DNA from: Lytechinus pictus
Taxonomy: Eukaryota
Direction: 5' to 3'
Assembly (NCBI RefSeq): GCF_037042905.1
Contig: NC_087246.1
Location: 51,088,001-51,152,000 of the forward strand
Length of the DNA stretch: 64,000 nucleotides
Position numbers and translations under genes: made by a program. This document shows, one piece after another, positions 1 through 12,456 of this stretch. The notes under the pieces were generated by a model, which was not told the DNA's origin, did not search any database, and saw only the letters and a list, made by a program, of their open reading frames with translations. Position 1 is the stretch's first letter. The number at the start of each line of letters is the position of its first letter.

Positions 1-177
1 ATAATACACAGTGTTTTGCTTGAGCAATGTACATTACAATAACTACCCACAATAATCAGCATCGAAATGGTCCAGTTCTCAAGGTATGACATGTGCATAA
101 GTTTTACTAATGCCCTTGTTGGTGTATATCATCTCTGTAATCAATACCACAAAATAATTTAATAGCTGGATACTAAC

Positions 178-301
178 CACTGCTACTGCATTTGAATTGA
201 TGATTTCAGGAGGGCTCAGGACAGTCAGGTAACTAACATTGGTCAAGAGATAGATGGACGTCACAAGGATCATAGAGATGATAACACCTAGAGGAATATT
301 C
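178..301 (-). CDS. SLC7 transporter coding exon 6; gene continues beyond the window start
   Basis: RNIPLGVIISMILVTSIYLLTNVSYLTVLSPPEIINSNAVAV. CAG acceptor and GTG|GTTAGT donor. Confidence 0.94.
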
Positions 302-719
302 CTGTCACAGAAAAAAACAAGAAATTCACTCATAATAAATTATAGAAATACCAAATATAAAGTTCGATGGAAAACAGTAGAGACCAAAATTTCCCACACA
401 TTTCAAAAACATGATTTATTATGAAAAAAAAGAGGGGGTCCGCATACATGAACAAAACAAGGGAAGATAATTCCAATGAGATGACTTCTGATAAAATAAA
501 ACAAATAATCTACATCACGTGTAAAAATATTTTTTAACAGAATCTAAAGATTTCATAGTTGCTTTTGATATGAATAATAAATAATGGCGCAAGTTTATAT
601 CGCACCATGCCTTTCAGAAATTATACTCCTAGCAGTTTAGAGAGAAAGAGAGAGAGACGGGGGGGGGGGCTTTTAAATTTTATCATCAAAGCAACAGAAT
701 CAAACACCATAATGCTTAC

Positions 720-764
720 CTTGCAGGTCTCTGCACTTCCTCTGTAATGAACATAAGATATTGC
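720..764 (-). CDS. SLC7 transporter coding exon 5 (45 nt)
   Basis: (W)QYLMFITEEVQRPAR matches the SLC7 W-x-x-L-N-F-V-T-E-E pattern. CAG acceptor and AG|GTAAGC donor. Confidence 0.92.
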
Positions 765-1341
765 CTGAGGAGTAAAAAAATATTTAAAAAATTTCCAAAA
801 ACTGATATTTAGTATTGCATTAAAGCTTCATAACATATTGGCCTATTAACCCCCTACTGTCTTGGGCGATTCCATACGTGTCGTACAGGAAATTTTGAAA
901 TTTTCTAGTTTCCTAGCTGAATGCTTGAGCAATAAAATATTATTTTTTGTCACTGATAAAGCTATAGCGGGTAGTCATGTGAAAAACTCAGAAATGTCCT
1001 GTATGACACGCAACATTTTAACCTCTAATTCACCAATGGACGACATATTCTTGCTGGTTGTCAGTTTTTGCATGCCTACCCAGTAGCACTTTAATATTAC
1101 CACAAAACAAATTGAAGTTCTTCGTTCTTTGGACAGCAGGTTGAAAAATATTGTGAAAATGGCTGATTTTTCTTGCATGGAATCACCCTCTTTATTAAAG
1201 ACCAAATTTGATTTTAGACACAGAAGTGATTACCTAACAGTATGAAGTAACTACCTGATGTTATAATATGTGGAATGTAAAATATCTTTCAAATCAAGTG
1301 ACCAATGTGTTATTTTTTTAATTCGACCTATCATTCTGAAC

Positions 1342-1820
1342 AGTAGTAGTAGTAGTAATAGTTAGAAGTAGTAGTAATAGTAGAAGTAATAGTAGTAGTA
1401 CTAGTAGTAGTACTAGTAGTAGTACTAGTAGTAGTACTAGTAGTAGTACTAGTAGTAGTACTAGTAGTAGTACTAGTAGTAGTACTAGTAGTAGTACTAG
1501 TAGTAGTACTAGTAGTAGTACTAGTAGTAGTACTAGTAGTAGTACTAGTAGTAGTAGTTAGTAGAAGCAGTAGTAGTAGAAGTAGTAGTACTAGCAGTCG
1601 GAGTAGTAGTAGTAGTACTAGCAGTCGGAGTAGTAGTAGTAGTACTAGCAGTCGGAGTAGTAGTAGTAGTACTAGCAGTCGGAGTAGTAGTAGTAGTACT
1701 AGCAGTCGGAGTAGTAGTAGTAGTACTAGCAGTCGGAGTAGTAGTAGTAGTACTAGCAGTCGGAGTAGTAGTAGTAGCAGTAGCAGTAGCAGTAGCAGTA
1801 GCAGTAGCAGTAGCAGTAGC

Positions 1821-1853
<33 letters not shown>
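1342..1853. repeat. Compound (AGT)n microsatellite with 12-bp and 27-bp higher-order units
   Basis: (AGTAGTAGTACT)n, then (CTAGCAGTCGGAGTAGTAGTAGTAGTA)n, then (AGCAGT)n, then (AGT)n. Confidence 0.97.
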
Positions 1854-1926
1854 TGAATTTATCATCAATATGACAATGACAATTATTATCAAAGAAAAAT
1901 TACAATGACAGTATAACTAGACATAC

Positions 1927-2023
1927 CATCCTGAAAATGCAAATATGCCTGCATTGAGAGCCAATGGGAAGCTTGTTGGGTTATCATAACCAGAGAAGGC
2001 ATTGGCAAAGTGCTCAGTTTTTC
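1927..2023 (-). CDS. SLC7 transporter coding exon 4
   Basis: GKTEHFANAFSGYDNPTSFPLALNAGIFAFSGW (TM6). TAG acceptor and TG|GTATGT donor. Not present in the ORF track. Confidence 0.92.
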
Positions 2024-2273
2024 CTATAATAAAAAAGAAAAGAAAAAAAATGAAACCAAATGATTTTTAATGATCTTTTCATCAAACAAAATGGAATTTT
2101 CAAAAACTGTTTCAAAAGGATGATGTAAACATGAACGTAAAAAGGATTGTTAAAATAATATAGGAAAGAAAAGATTGATATCAAAGTGGCACAGTTTGTG
2201 TAATTCAACGTTTGGTTTTTTTTGGGGGGGAAGGCAACTTGATAGCAATCTGATATTTCATCAGTAACATTGT

Positions 2274-2941
2274 AACAAGTGGAGCCCCCCTGGCAGTCTC
2301 GCCTGCATTACGCGATTCAATATAGCAGCAGTGCTGACTTTGTAAATGACTATAAAATAATTATTCACAAAAAACACAATTCATATAATATGCCACTACG
2401 TTCATTGACCCTAAATGACATTTGACATTGATCAAGTGACCTACGACTTGTGCAAGATGAGCAATGATACTGGATTATCTTTATGTCCACATATCATTAA
2501 CTATATCCATAAACTTTCAAAGTTATGATGGCAATTCAACAATAATCTACAGCATGGCCAAAGTTCACCAAACTTAAACAAGCTTGGTCATGTGACCTGA
2601 AACTCGCACAGGATGTTCAGTGATACTTGATTACTCTTATGCCCAGGTTTTATGAACTAGCTCCATAAATGTTAAAAGTTATGACGGAAATACAATAAAT
2701 ACCCCCAACATGCCCAAAGTTCATTGACCCTAATGACCTTGGTCATGTGACCTGAAACTAAGGCAGGATGAATCAGTTATACTTGATTACCATTGAGTCC
2801 AAGTTTCATGAACTGGTCCATATACTTTCTTAGTTATGTCATTTCAATAACTTAACCTTAGGTTAAGATTAGATGTTGACGACACAGCCGCCGCCGTCAG
2901 AAAAGCGGCGCCTATAGTCTGCTATGCAGGCGAAGCAAAAA
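2274..2941. mobile_element. Helentron/DINE-like non-autonomous element, copy 1
   Basis: Subterminal inverted repeat TCGCCTGCAT (2299-2308) / ATGCAGGCGA (2924-2933), internal ~150-bp tandem units, a CGCCGC..GCGGCG hairpin near the end, and A-rich ends. A second copy lies at 38626. The class assignment is inference. Confidence 0.7.
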
Positions 2942-3137
2942 CCAATAGGGAAAACATGAAGATGTGATCGCGTGCGTATGCCAACAAATATTGCGGGAAT
3001 TTGGGGAACATGCCGAGACTTGTGATATTCTTACTGTTAGATCAACTCCCTGGTTAGATTGCCGTTCCACAGTTTCCGCCATACGTTTTAGTGACGGATA
3101 CAATAAGGAGCTAAAAGGCGGATGCACGAGGTTTATA

Positions 3138-4003
3138 CAGGGTGTTTCTTTAAAAAAGGTAACTGAATTTCAAAGGTCAGCTACATCAAGAATACATGAT
3201 TTATTCTTGTGATTTCTATTTTTCATATTCGAGTAAGTCATCAACTAAATTTGACACCTTGCTTACGTCACAATTGTCAAGGGTCACGGAGTTTTGGTCC
3301 ATCGATGGTGAAGTGTACAAAACCTTCTTTTTCCAAGTGTTGGGTTTTTATTTACATGCAAGGAACCCACTTTGTTGTAAGGTTTTAGTTTTCCCCTGCA
3401 AATTTCAGTGAAACTTACCCTTCTGATAATTTTTTTGCGAGTGAATGTTCCGTAACTTGTGTCTAGCTGTAATATTGGTTGAGCACATCTTTGGTGACTT
3501 ACAAGCACATATTTAGCATAAGATAGATATTCTTCATCACAATTCTGCAATGCAATGACTAGAAGAGCAATGCAAGACATGTGCAGCGTCGACAAGGGAG
3601 GTACTGTGAAAACGTTGACGGTGTTGGTGCAAAAGATAGGTAAATGAATGACGTGTTCAACAGAGATTGAAGCTAGGCAGTTGATACGTAAATGCCAGTC
3701 ACTAACAAAAAGTTTACAGAGGTAGCATTTCACTAAAATTTGAAAGAAAAACTCTGATGAAACTAAGTGGGTTTCGTGCATGTACATTTTTTAAACCAAA
3801 AACTTGGAAAAAGTGGGTTTTGTACCCTTCGCATTTTATGGACCATAACTCTGTGAACCGTGACAATTGTGATGCAAGCAAGGTGTCAAATTAAAGTTGA
3901 TGAGTTACTCAGTTATGTAGAATAGAAATCACATGAGTAAATTATGTACTTTTGATATAGCTAACCTTTGAACTTCGGTTACCTTTTTTTTTAGAAACAC
4001 CAC
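3138..4003. mobile_element. Tc1/mariner-type MITE with long (~250 bp) imperfect TIRs
   Basis: TA|CAGGGTGTTTCT...AAAAAGGTAAC at the left end and GTTACCTTTTT..AGAAACACC at the right end, with mirrored internal arms. Confidence 0.75.
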
Positions 4004-4387
4004 TCGGGAATGAGGATGAGGAATCAGCGGTACAATATATTTTTACTATTTTAGGTCTTTAATCACTTAAATATCGGTAGTAAAACTCGTTCGATCTATG
4101 CCATCTGATTGTGCGAAAGGTCCCGTGAAAGTAACCTTCAAAAGGTGACTTTCCACGGGACAAAAGTAAACTAAAGTGATCATTCCATGCCCCGCAGACG
4201 TGATTTCTTCCAACAATTTATCTGCTAAATGTTTAGCATTGATTTCATCAATTTTTTTTTTAGTCCGACCGTGATCCCGGCGTGACCGCCGCCATCTATG
4301 AATACTCCGTAATGAAACCAAAATCTTCCCATCTCACATATCTCTCAGAATCTCGCAACTAGAAGTTACGAGATAAAACTAGATATA

Positions 4388-4590
4388 TACCGAGGTTGTT
4401 TTACCTGACTGCTAAGAAAGCACGAATGCCTGTGAGTAAGCAACCAGTGGACCAACGGCTTAAGGTCCTCTCCGAGGGACCTGGTAATGAGGATAAATGC
4501 CTTACCAAAGGGCACTAGCGCACCACTTGGGAATCGAACCCGGGTCACCGGAATCCGAAACCCCCGCTCTACCGACTGAGCTATCGCGCC
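4388..4590 (-). mobile_element. tRNA-derived SINE (family 1)
   Basis: Pol III A box TAGCTCAGTCGG and B box GGTTCGATTCC followed by a non-tRNA body. Nearly identical to 57947-58153. Confidence 0.9.
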
Positions 4591-4786
4591 TAATTCGTTC
4601 CTCCTTAATAATTTTGGCTCCTTTTGAATGTAGGCCGAATTGTCTCAACACCTTCGCCATTTTAAACAGTTGATAAATTCTTTCCAAACTCTTTTATCAA
4701 ACAGTGGTAACTTTCAATAGAAGCTAAATCTAGACCCTCCGATATAAAAGAGAGATATGAGGGATGAATCGGGTATACATGGGTTA

Positions 4787-4826
<40 letters not shown>

Positions 4827-6440
4827 GGGGGGGGGGCGTTTTGTTGAGGAGCACGTTACAAAATAGGGTGGGGCTATAATGACCCCCGTCTCCATTCCTT
4901 CGAATGTGCGGGTGTTTTATTATTCTTTTTGTTCTCTATTGTCTGTATTATATTCCCAAAGTTCTTTCAGTGAATTAGAAAAAGGAATGGATCAATTGAT
5001 TTTTTAATTTATGTATGTTTATGAGATACTTATTTTACTGGTACCTTGATGTATTATTTATGAAGTTATTATGATGCTTGTTTATGATGTTATAAATTTA
5101 TGAAGTCAGTCTACGTTTGTATTCACTGGAAGAAGCAACAAAATAATACTTAAAAACACAAAAAAGTGAAGCAAAGTACTTTACCAAAAAACATCAATAT
5201 CATTTACTTTCACCGATTAGCCGACTTCACCTCTTGCCTTTCTCATACAAATTTTAATACAAAATACTGCCTCTCGCTCTGACACGAATAATGAATCTGC
5301 CTACCTGATTACACTTATCTCTGCTCTATTTTTTTTTTTGAAAAATCCTTGATTAACGACTAGACAAAGTGTCTAAATGTCTTTGTAGATCGATTACTAC
5401 GGCAGCTAAAACAACAGACTTCCATTACGACTGCTTTAATTATATATCAATTGCCCAAATAAGGAGTGGAATCCTTGTAGAACAGGCGTTTTCCTTCCTC
5501 CATTCTTTCTGTCGCAGAAAAAATAACGCAGGGTTGGATTAAAAGCCAGATTCGTTGCCAAAGCATGGAATATTGCGATGAAACGATCACTTTCATACTA
5601 CGACTAACGATCGCTAAAAAAAATCGTTACGTTATCAGAGTATTGTAAAATTCATTCAAGGAATTATTTGCCACAGTTATTAACAAGACAAACAGCAGTG
5701 CAGTGATCACCATCTTTTGTAAGGAAATGTAACGGGTAGAATAAAAATAATCACCCTCGAATATGATGAACCAAGAAAAAAAATAAACGTTTTAAACTCT
5801 ATTTTTTAGAAGGGGGGGGGGGCGAGATGCGGCAGTTGCCTCTGCATCTTAAGAATTGATTGATCTCCACAATGACAATAGGTACATCGGTCCTTTTAAA
5901 TGGATGGGTTTAAGTCTCAAGTATTCCATTAAATTGTGATTATCAACTTCCTATTTTGTAAGATTCACGTTTCAAGTTTGTCTTGAAACAATGTAACAAG
6001 GTCATGGATCAAAGCCCTGTATAAAAAAAATCCATATCGTCTTGTATAGCAGGTTATACTTTGAATCTGATATCTGAAGTCACAAAATATCCAAATAAAA
6101 AATGGTATGAAGAACAAGAAACGGGAAATTAGAAATCTATTTAGAGTACTGACACATTCAATCATTTTTATCTGGGAGGGATATTCCAACAGCAAGATAT
6201 CACTTAGGAATGTAACGTATCTCGTTTGACGCCAATACTACGTTCTAATTCGCGATACCAGAATATTTTTTATATGAAGGCGGAAGGTGACCCCCCCCCC
6301 CACCAAAAAAAGAAGTTTTAATCATAGAGGGCATTTGTCAGTGATTGGCTACCCCCCCCCCCCCCCCAAAAAAAAAGGGGGGGCTAATACTACTCCTGGT
6401 AGAAGGATCGGAACAAAGAATGGCGATGGGTAATACTAAC

Positions 6441-6566
6441 CTCTGCAAAGCTGGACGACACCACCAAGGATGATAATCACCAAACCCGATACCTTAGCTG
6501 CAGTAAAGAACACCTGAACCCGTGTCGTCCATCGAACACTCACGCAGTTGAGATAGTAAATCGCAC
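6441..6566 (-). CDS. SLC7 transporter coding exon 3
   Basis: AIYYLNCVSVRWTTRVQVFFTAAKVSGLVIIILGG. CAG acceptor and G|GTTAGT donor; phases match neighbouring exons. Confidence 0.95.
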
Positions 6567-7930
6567 CTGTTAAATGGAATCGGTATGATGTCAAGACACA
6601 ATCGAGTGGTGGATGGGAGTGGTGGAATGGTGAGGTAGAAGGGTGTGGTGGGTTTGGTGAGGTAGAAGGGTGCAATGTGGTAGAGGGTGGAAGATGGGTG
6701 TGACGCAGTGTGTTTCAAAGGGGGTGTTTGTTGAGTGAGAATGAAATGGGTGAAGTAATACGGTAGAAGCGTATGTTAGAGGGGTGTACTGGTCAGGCAT
6801 TGTGATTTTTTTTTGCGCTTTCACAATGAAAAAAACAAAGCAATCGGAGGGATCACTACTGGACATCAATCAAGGGTTGTGAATATATAACGTGGTACAT
6901 GGGCAGATGCATGGAGGTTATTTCAACAAGTAAACTAAACAGGAGTTTATATAAATATTTTGGGTGAAAAGTGAAACGTCAGGAAGCAATACAGGAAAGA
7001 CATTGCAAAACAATAGGATGATAGACAACCAATGAGATCGCCATGAATGGAATTAAAATATCAGTGTGTTGAAGATTCAATGCAGAGAAGGTCACTTTTT
7101 AGGGTTTTAGGGTCAAGGGTCAAATCAATGAGCTAGGTCGAACGGTGATTCACGTGCAGATCGTGTCGGGACAAGTAAGGTCAAAATGATATAACATGGT
7201 TAAAGGGATGGTAAGTGCGAGGGCTTGGGACCGTTTCATGGAAGTTGCCAGCACTGACAAGTTGTCTTTCTCCGACAGTTACCATAGCAACAGTCACAGG
7301 CAAGTGCCTCTCAGCAAATCAAAAATCAAGGATTTCACTGAAATTGTCAGCGCTGACAACTTTCATGAACCCCCCCCCCCCCAGATGGTTACCATAAATT
7401 GTAGAATCACAGACCAGGGTGTACTGTGGCCCACGAAAGTTGTCAGCTCTGACTAAACTTGTAAGTTTTGACGATGTCGGTAAAATCTTTGGTAACTGTT
7501 CAGAAAATGACAACTTGTCGGTGCTGACAACTTTCATGAAACGCCCACCAAGGAGGCATTTTTAAAACAAAGAGTGATTTTCACTATTTCGGTCTCTGCC
7601 AATCCGAGGCAAAGATGTCGGGAGATTATAAGACGTAGTGATTGAAGAAAATCACGAATTATCTGTTTCATGAAATATTTCCCTGATTAGATGAATCAGT
7701 GGCTAAAACTCAAAGCCTCTTTCAATGATTCACTGTACTTCCTGTTGTCATGGTTATCATTCTATCCATCCAAGCATATAAATGATTCATCACTCATCCG
7801 TGTATCTCCATGATCCATCAATCATTATAACATATACACATGGATTGCATTACAAGTGACAGGTCTTTACAAAATCTTGTAAAAACCTTAACTACGCTGA
7901 AATTAAAATGACCAGTTAGAGAGCGACTTA

Positions 7931-8094
7931 TACCTTGGTCACATTTGCTCTACTGCGGCCCTACGGCGAGTCGAAAACAGACGTTTTAACATTTTTTTTG
8001 GTCCAACTACATATAGGTGGGTTGAATTAAAATTGATGAAACGGCTGCTTTCGACTCGCCGTACGGCCGCCGTAGAGCAAATGTGACCAAGCTA
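7931..8094. mobile_element. Short palindromic MITE (second copy at 18626-18794)
   Basis: GGTCACATTTGCTCTAC..TACGGCGAGTCGAAAACAG and its reverse complement at the other end. Confidence 0.8.
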
Positions 8095-8136
8095 TTACTA
8101 TACGCCACAAACGTGTTATCATTATCTACCAATAAT

Positions 8137-8504
8137 AGGGACTTTTCGCACAGCCACGCGGAATGAACGCTACAACGCACCAATTCCTTTGAAAGTGCAA
8201 GTCAAATCGCGATGAAGTCTTTCTCGAGGGTCGGTGAATCTGAACAGCAGTTTCGTCCGTGATTCTAGACAAACGACATATTTGCGATTTTGCGTCAGCT
8301 CAGAAACGTCCAACGAACTGGCCCCCGTTGCATAAAAGTTACTATTATGGTAACTTTGCCATCCAATGGTAACTACCACGGTAACAATGATCGACAGCCA
8401 ATCAAAATCAAGGATTCCATGTAAGTTACAATTGGGTGGCAAAGTTACCATAATGGTAACTTTTATGTAAAGGGGCCGCACGCGTCGCTGTGCGGAAAGT
8501 CCCT
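8137..8504. mobile_element. MITE (AGGGACTTT..AAAGTCCCT) with a nested GGCCCC-ended MITE at ~8320-8477
   Basis: Two nested pairs of inverted termini. Related GG(G)CCCGTTTCAT-ended mini-elements lie at ~7228-7547, 10878-11047, 17657-17813 and 54223-54375. Confidence 0.65.
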
Positions 8505-8615
8505 AAATGTCAAGTAACAAATACTTGTCCTATCCAAAGTTTTGTTCATGTGATTATGAAAAAGCAATTTTTAGCAAATGTTCCCTGTCTCTATTTGAAA
8601 TGTCGGATAACGTAC

Positions 8616-8940
8616 AAAGAATGACCATGGTAAAAAGCTGGATGGCCACTTGTGGAAGGTCATCGCAGTTGGCCAAGAACGGGCTGACGAGGTACTGAGA
8701 CGCGATGAGGATGATGATGGCGTATTCGCCGGGGTAGCTGATGAACAGACTCATCCACATCCGGATGAAGGCCACGAACGGGCCCCATGCTTGAAGGATG
8801 TAGGCGAAGTCGCCCCCGGACAACGGGATGGTGGTCGAGAGCTCCACGAAGCACAGGGCTCCGAGGCTGGAGAAGAGACCGCATATGATCCAGGCGAGGA
8901 AAGAGTAGCCGATGACACCGTCTGTGTATACTAGAATGAC
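8616..8940 (-). CDS. SLC7 transporter coding exon 2
   Basis: CAG|GTC acceptor and T|GTACGT donor. Encodes WIICGLFSSLGALCFVELSTTIPLSGGDFAYI...SPFLANCDDLP, including the conserved Cys that bridges to the SLC3 heavy chain. Confidence 0.95.
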
Positions 8941-9161
8941 CTGTAAAGACATGTAAAAAAATCAAATTTGGTTGGTAGCAAACCGCGAGGCTTTGAAAGA
9001 TTTTGAAACAGTTTTATCTATCTCGCGCTTAAGACGGGATGCACTTTGAATTTTAAAGACACCTATATCGACGGATTTATATAAGCATTTGTTAGCTTTA
9101 TTCTATAATTATCTATTTTTGTATCATTCATGGCCTGATAATGTTGTTCTTGCGCACATCG

Positions 9162-10315
9162 CATAAGGGAGGATCCAGCATTAACCAATAGGGGGGGCGG
9201 CGGAATTTTTTCAGCCACATTTTCGCCGATCGGCCGCTGTTGACTTTTGTTTCTGTCTTTGAAGTGGTAGTCCTAATAGTCACTTAATAGCTTTATTCTT
9301 GTAAATCAACAGAAATATAATCTCATAAGCCTTATCTAAATAGTGCGAGCTTTTTTTTGTTGTATTTTGACCTAAAATTTGAACATTCTGGGCAATGTTT
9401 GTGATCCTGAACAAGATACGTATGCAACTAAATAATTACTGCGAGCGCGAAGCGCGAGCAGACATATTTAATATACGTTTTGATTTGATGAAAAGGTGAT
9501 CTTTTAAGGACTGCTTGCAGTTAGCCATGAAGACGTTACATATTTCAACAATCATTTAATGCGAGCGCGAAGCGTGAGCGAATATAGTGACATGTAAGAT
9601 TTTTTTTTAATTAAAGGGATGGTCCGGGCTGAAAATATGTATATCTTAATACATAGAGTAGAATTCACTGAGCAAAATGCCGAAAATTTCATCAAAATTG
9701 GATAACAAATTATAAAGTTATTGAAGTTTACAGTTTAGCAATATTTTGTGAAAACAGTCGTCATGAATATTCATTAGGTGGGCTGATGATGTCACATCTC
9801 CACCTTCCGTTTTCTTATGTTATTACATAAAATAATAATTTTTTCATTATTTCATACTTTGTGTGAATAATATGCCTCCCTTATAATGAAATAAGTTGCA
9901 GCAATAGATATCTAATGCACTTTATCAGTTGTCAATCCAATTTTTCTAGTTCTTGGAGGAAAAAATATGAATAAACCTAATTTCATATAATAAAATACAA
10001 AAGAACAAGTGGGGATGTGACATCATCCGCCCACCTAATGAATATTCATGACGACTGTTTTACAAAATACTGCTAAACTTTAAAATTCAATAAATTTGTT
10101 ATTTGTTATCCGATTTTGATGTAATTTTCGGCATTTTGCTCAGTGAATTCTACTCTATTTATTAAGCTATAAATAATTTCAGCCCGGACCATCCCTTTAA
10201 GCCTTCCCCTCATCTTATTTTATTCACTTGTCTTCCTATATTTTCCCTTCTTTTTCCTCCTCTCTTTTCCCTTCTTTTTCTCCCCCCCCCCCCCCCCCCC
10301 CCCGATCCGCCTATG
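9162..10315. mobile_element. Shorter copy of the 46702-48573 family, carrying the nested Kolobok MITE
   Basis: GGATCCAGC..CCAATAGGGGGGG..CCGATCGGCCGC start, GCGAGCGCGAAGCGCGAGC motifs at ~9441 and ~9561, and a GATCCGCCTATG end. Confidence 0.75.
9615..10196. mobile_element. Kolobok-type MITE family B, copy 1
   Basis: TTAA|AGGGATGGTCCGGGCTGA...TCAGCCCGGACCATCCCT|TTAA with long TIRs. TTAA TSDs with purine-purine termini fit Kolobok. Confidence 0.88.
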
Positions 10316-12390
10316 CATTACATGTACATCTATGTCATAACTGCAGAACTACAGCATTTTCCCAGTAATTGCAGTAATGACAAGAATAAATGTAGCACAA
10401 TGCTTGTAATTTTTAATCAATCAGCATACATGTGTGAGGAGGCTAGTGAAAATAGAAGTGAAAATGGATATTTCGACGATTCGATGGAGGCACATTTCCC
10501 ATTCCATTTGCATAATTTGGTGGAAATGCATTGCATTTTGGTAATAAACTATGATACAAAAATAAACTTGTGGCGATGAGGAATGAGGACAGGCAAATGC
10601 AGAAGCACAAATTCAGAAGATCAATCTATTGATTTTAAGTTTACAATACTTTACATATTAAAATGAAGCAGTCGTAAGTGCCGAAAAAATTTCTTCTGAA
10701 TAAAAGTTTCACAGGGTCGAATGTGATCCTAACCGGACCATGTTTTGAAATAATGTATCATACATGTCATAGCAGAGTAATGTCACGTGATGTACCCCAC
10801 ATGACCCCAAGAAATCCTATAACATGCTCATCCGCGATCTTCTGTTCATCATTGAGTTTGACGTTTGCTTTCATATCGGGGTCCCGTTTCATAAAGTCTT
10901 ATCAGACATTACAAATGCACAATTTCTAGAACAAACGTACTAACAGCCAACCAGAGTGAAGGATTTCAGTAGCTTTTAATTGCTATTGCAAATTGCTTGT
11001 TATAAAAAGTTTCATGAAACGGGCCCCATATCTATCATGAACGAACTTTCTTTTGTACAGGGCAGGAAAAGGGTTCGTCTGATAAGCGAGGTCATCATCA
11101 GAGCAGACGATCATCTTTGCCAGCGAATGTTTGGACTAGAATATCGATTGTATTCTGGCGCGCACAACAATTATGATCCCCCGATATGGGTACGTCTGCT
11201 TTGTTCTTACTTCAATAGATGGGCACCCTAGTTGGAGTTACGTTTCTGGCTACTTTCCAAAATATTTCAGATGTACAATGAACTTTTTTAAAAGTCTTTC
11301 ACACAAGCTACGTCTTTAATCACCATGAAAACTGCCTTTTTTTAAAATCATATTCTACTTTTTTTTCGATTTTATATTATCAAACATTCCATTAATCTAC
11401 ACATACATTGAGTAACTGAAAAGTGATGAGTTGTGACAATTTAGGGTGGTAAAGGTGGATGGCAATGTTCCAACAACAAAATAATCACTACATTTTGAAC
11501 ATTTTCACGTTGTCTAGCATTGCAATTTCTTTAGTGATTCGTTTTTCGAATATGATTGGACTTAATACAAGTTTCTGCCATGTAATTTTCCGTTTTTCTC
11601 TATAGGATATTGTTCAAAGATATGTGACTATTATGATACTTGGTGACCTTAGATGTAGTGAACCTAACCTATCAAGATCTAGGACAATGTAAGGAATACC
11701 AGGCCAAGCCCCCACCATACCCACTTCGGCCTATAAACAAAGATATGATATCGTTGTCTCAAATGTTCAGAAGCTTTATAAATAATGCATGTTTGACCCT
11801 CTTCCTAATCACCCCCTCCCCTTCTCCTTCCAACCGTCTCATGCCACACATATAATCTGAATTTATTCCACATTTGTCTAAACTTTAAAGTTTCGCTTGA
11901 TTATTTTTTTCGTTTGATTTTGGTAACGTTTGATAATATTGTAACGGTATGAAGAATTCGTAATTGCAAGTGATGCCTTGACCGAGAACTACTACACAGT
12001 TATCGACCCCATGCCAAGCCCCCTTCATCCCCACATAGCATGAATATATTAACACATTATTTTTGTAGTAGTTGGCCCGTGTTCAAGTGCGTCACTGTAA
12101 CGACACGAGGTGATATTACATACACATGGGATTCCCATCTAATGCACTTGTATCACATGTAAGTAGTTATCTCATCGAATTCGTTTATAACGAGTACGAC
12201 ATAGACCTATAACATGAGTTGGCCCAGAAGATCGACATCCATTTGTTTAAAAGGTAGACAAGAATCACACAAAAAGACCGATATATTATAAGTATGATCT
12301 TGAGCATCAAAATATATTTCATCTTTCTTTTGGGGAATTTTTTATTATTTATTTTTCATTAGCCTCACTTAGCTTTTCGATTTTAAAATT

Positions 12391-12456
12391 CATATGTTTG
12401 TCAGTTTGCCTCCGACGAAGATTCTGCTAGGATCGAAAGCTTAGGCCCCTTTTGAC
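12391..12456 (+). ncRNA. Minimal type I hammerhead-ribozyme-like motif in a 66-bp insertion (Penelope-like remnant)
   Basis: GCCT-CCGACGA-A-GATTCT-GCT-AGGATC-GAAA-GC-TT-AGGC, flanked by the 16-bp direct repeat TTTCGATTTTAAAATT. Confidence 0.6.

Noticed and set aside
1545-1892. Mucin-like Thr-rich ORF
   Set aside because: It is the translation of an intronic microsatellite. The flanking SLC7 exons join in frame without it.
6606-6700. G-rich tandem tract as a functional G-quadruplex
   Set aside because: Mostly GG runs in a short degenerate minisatellite, with no further support.
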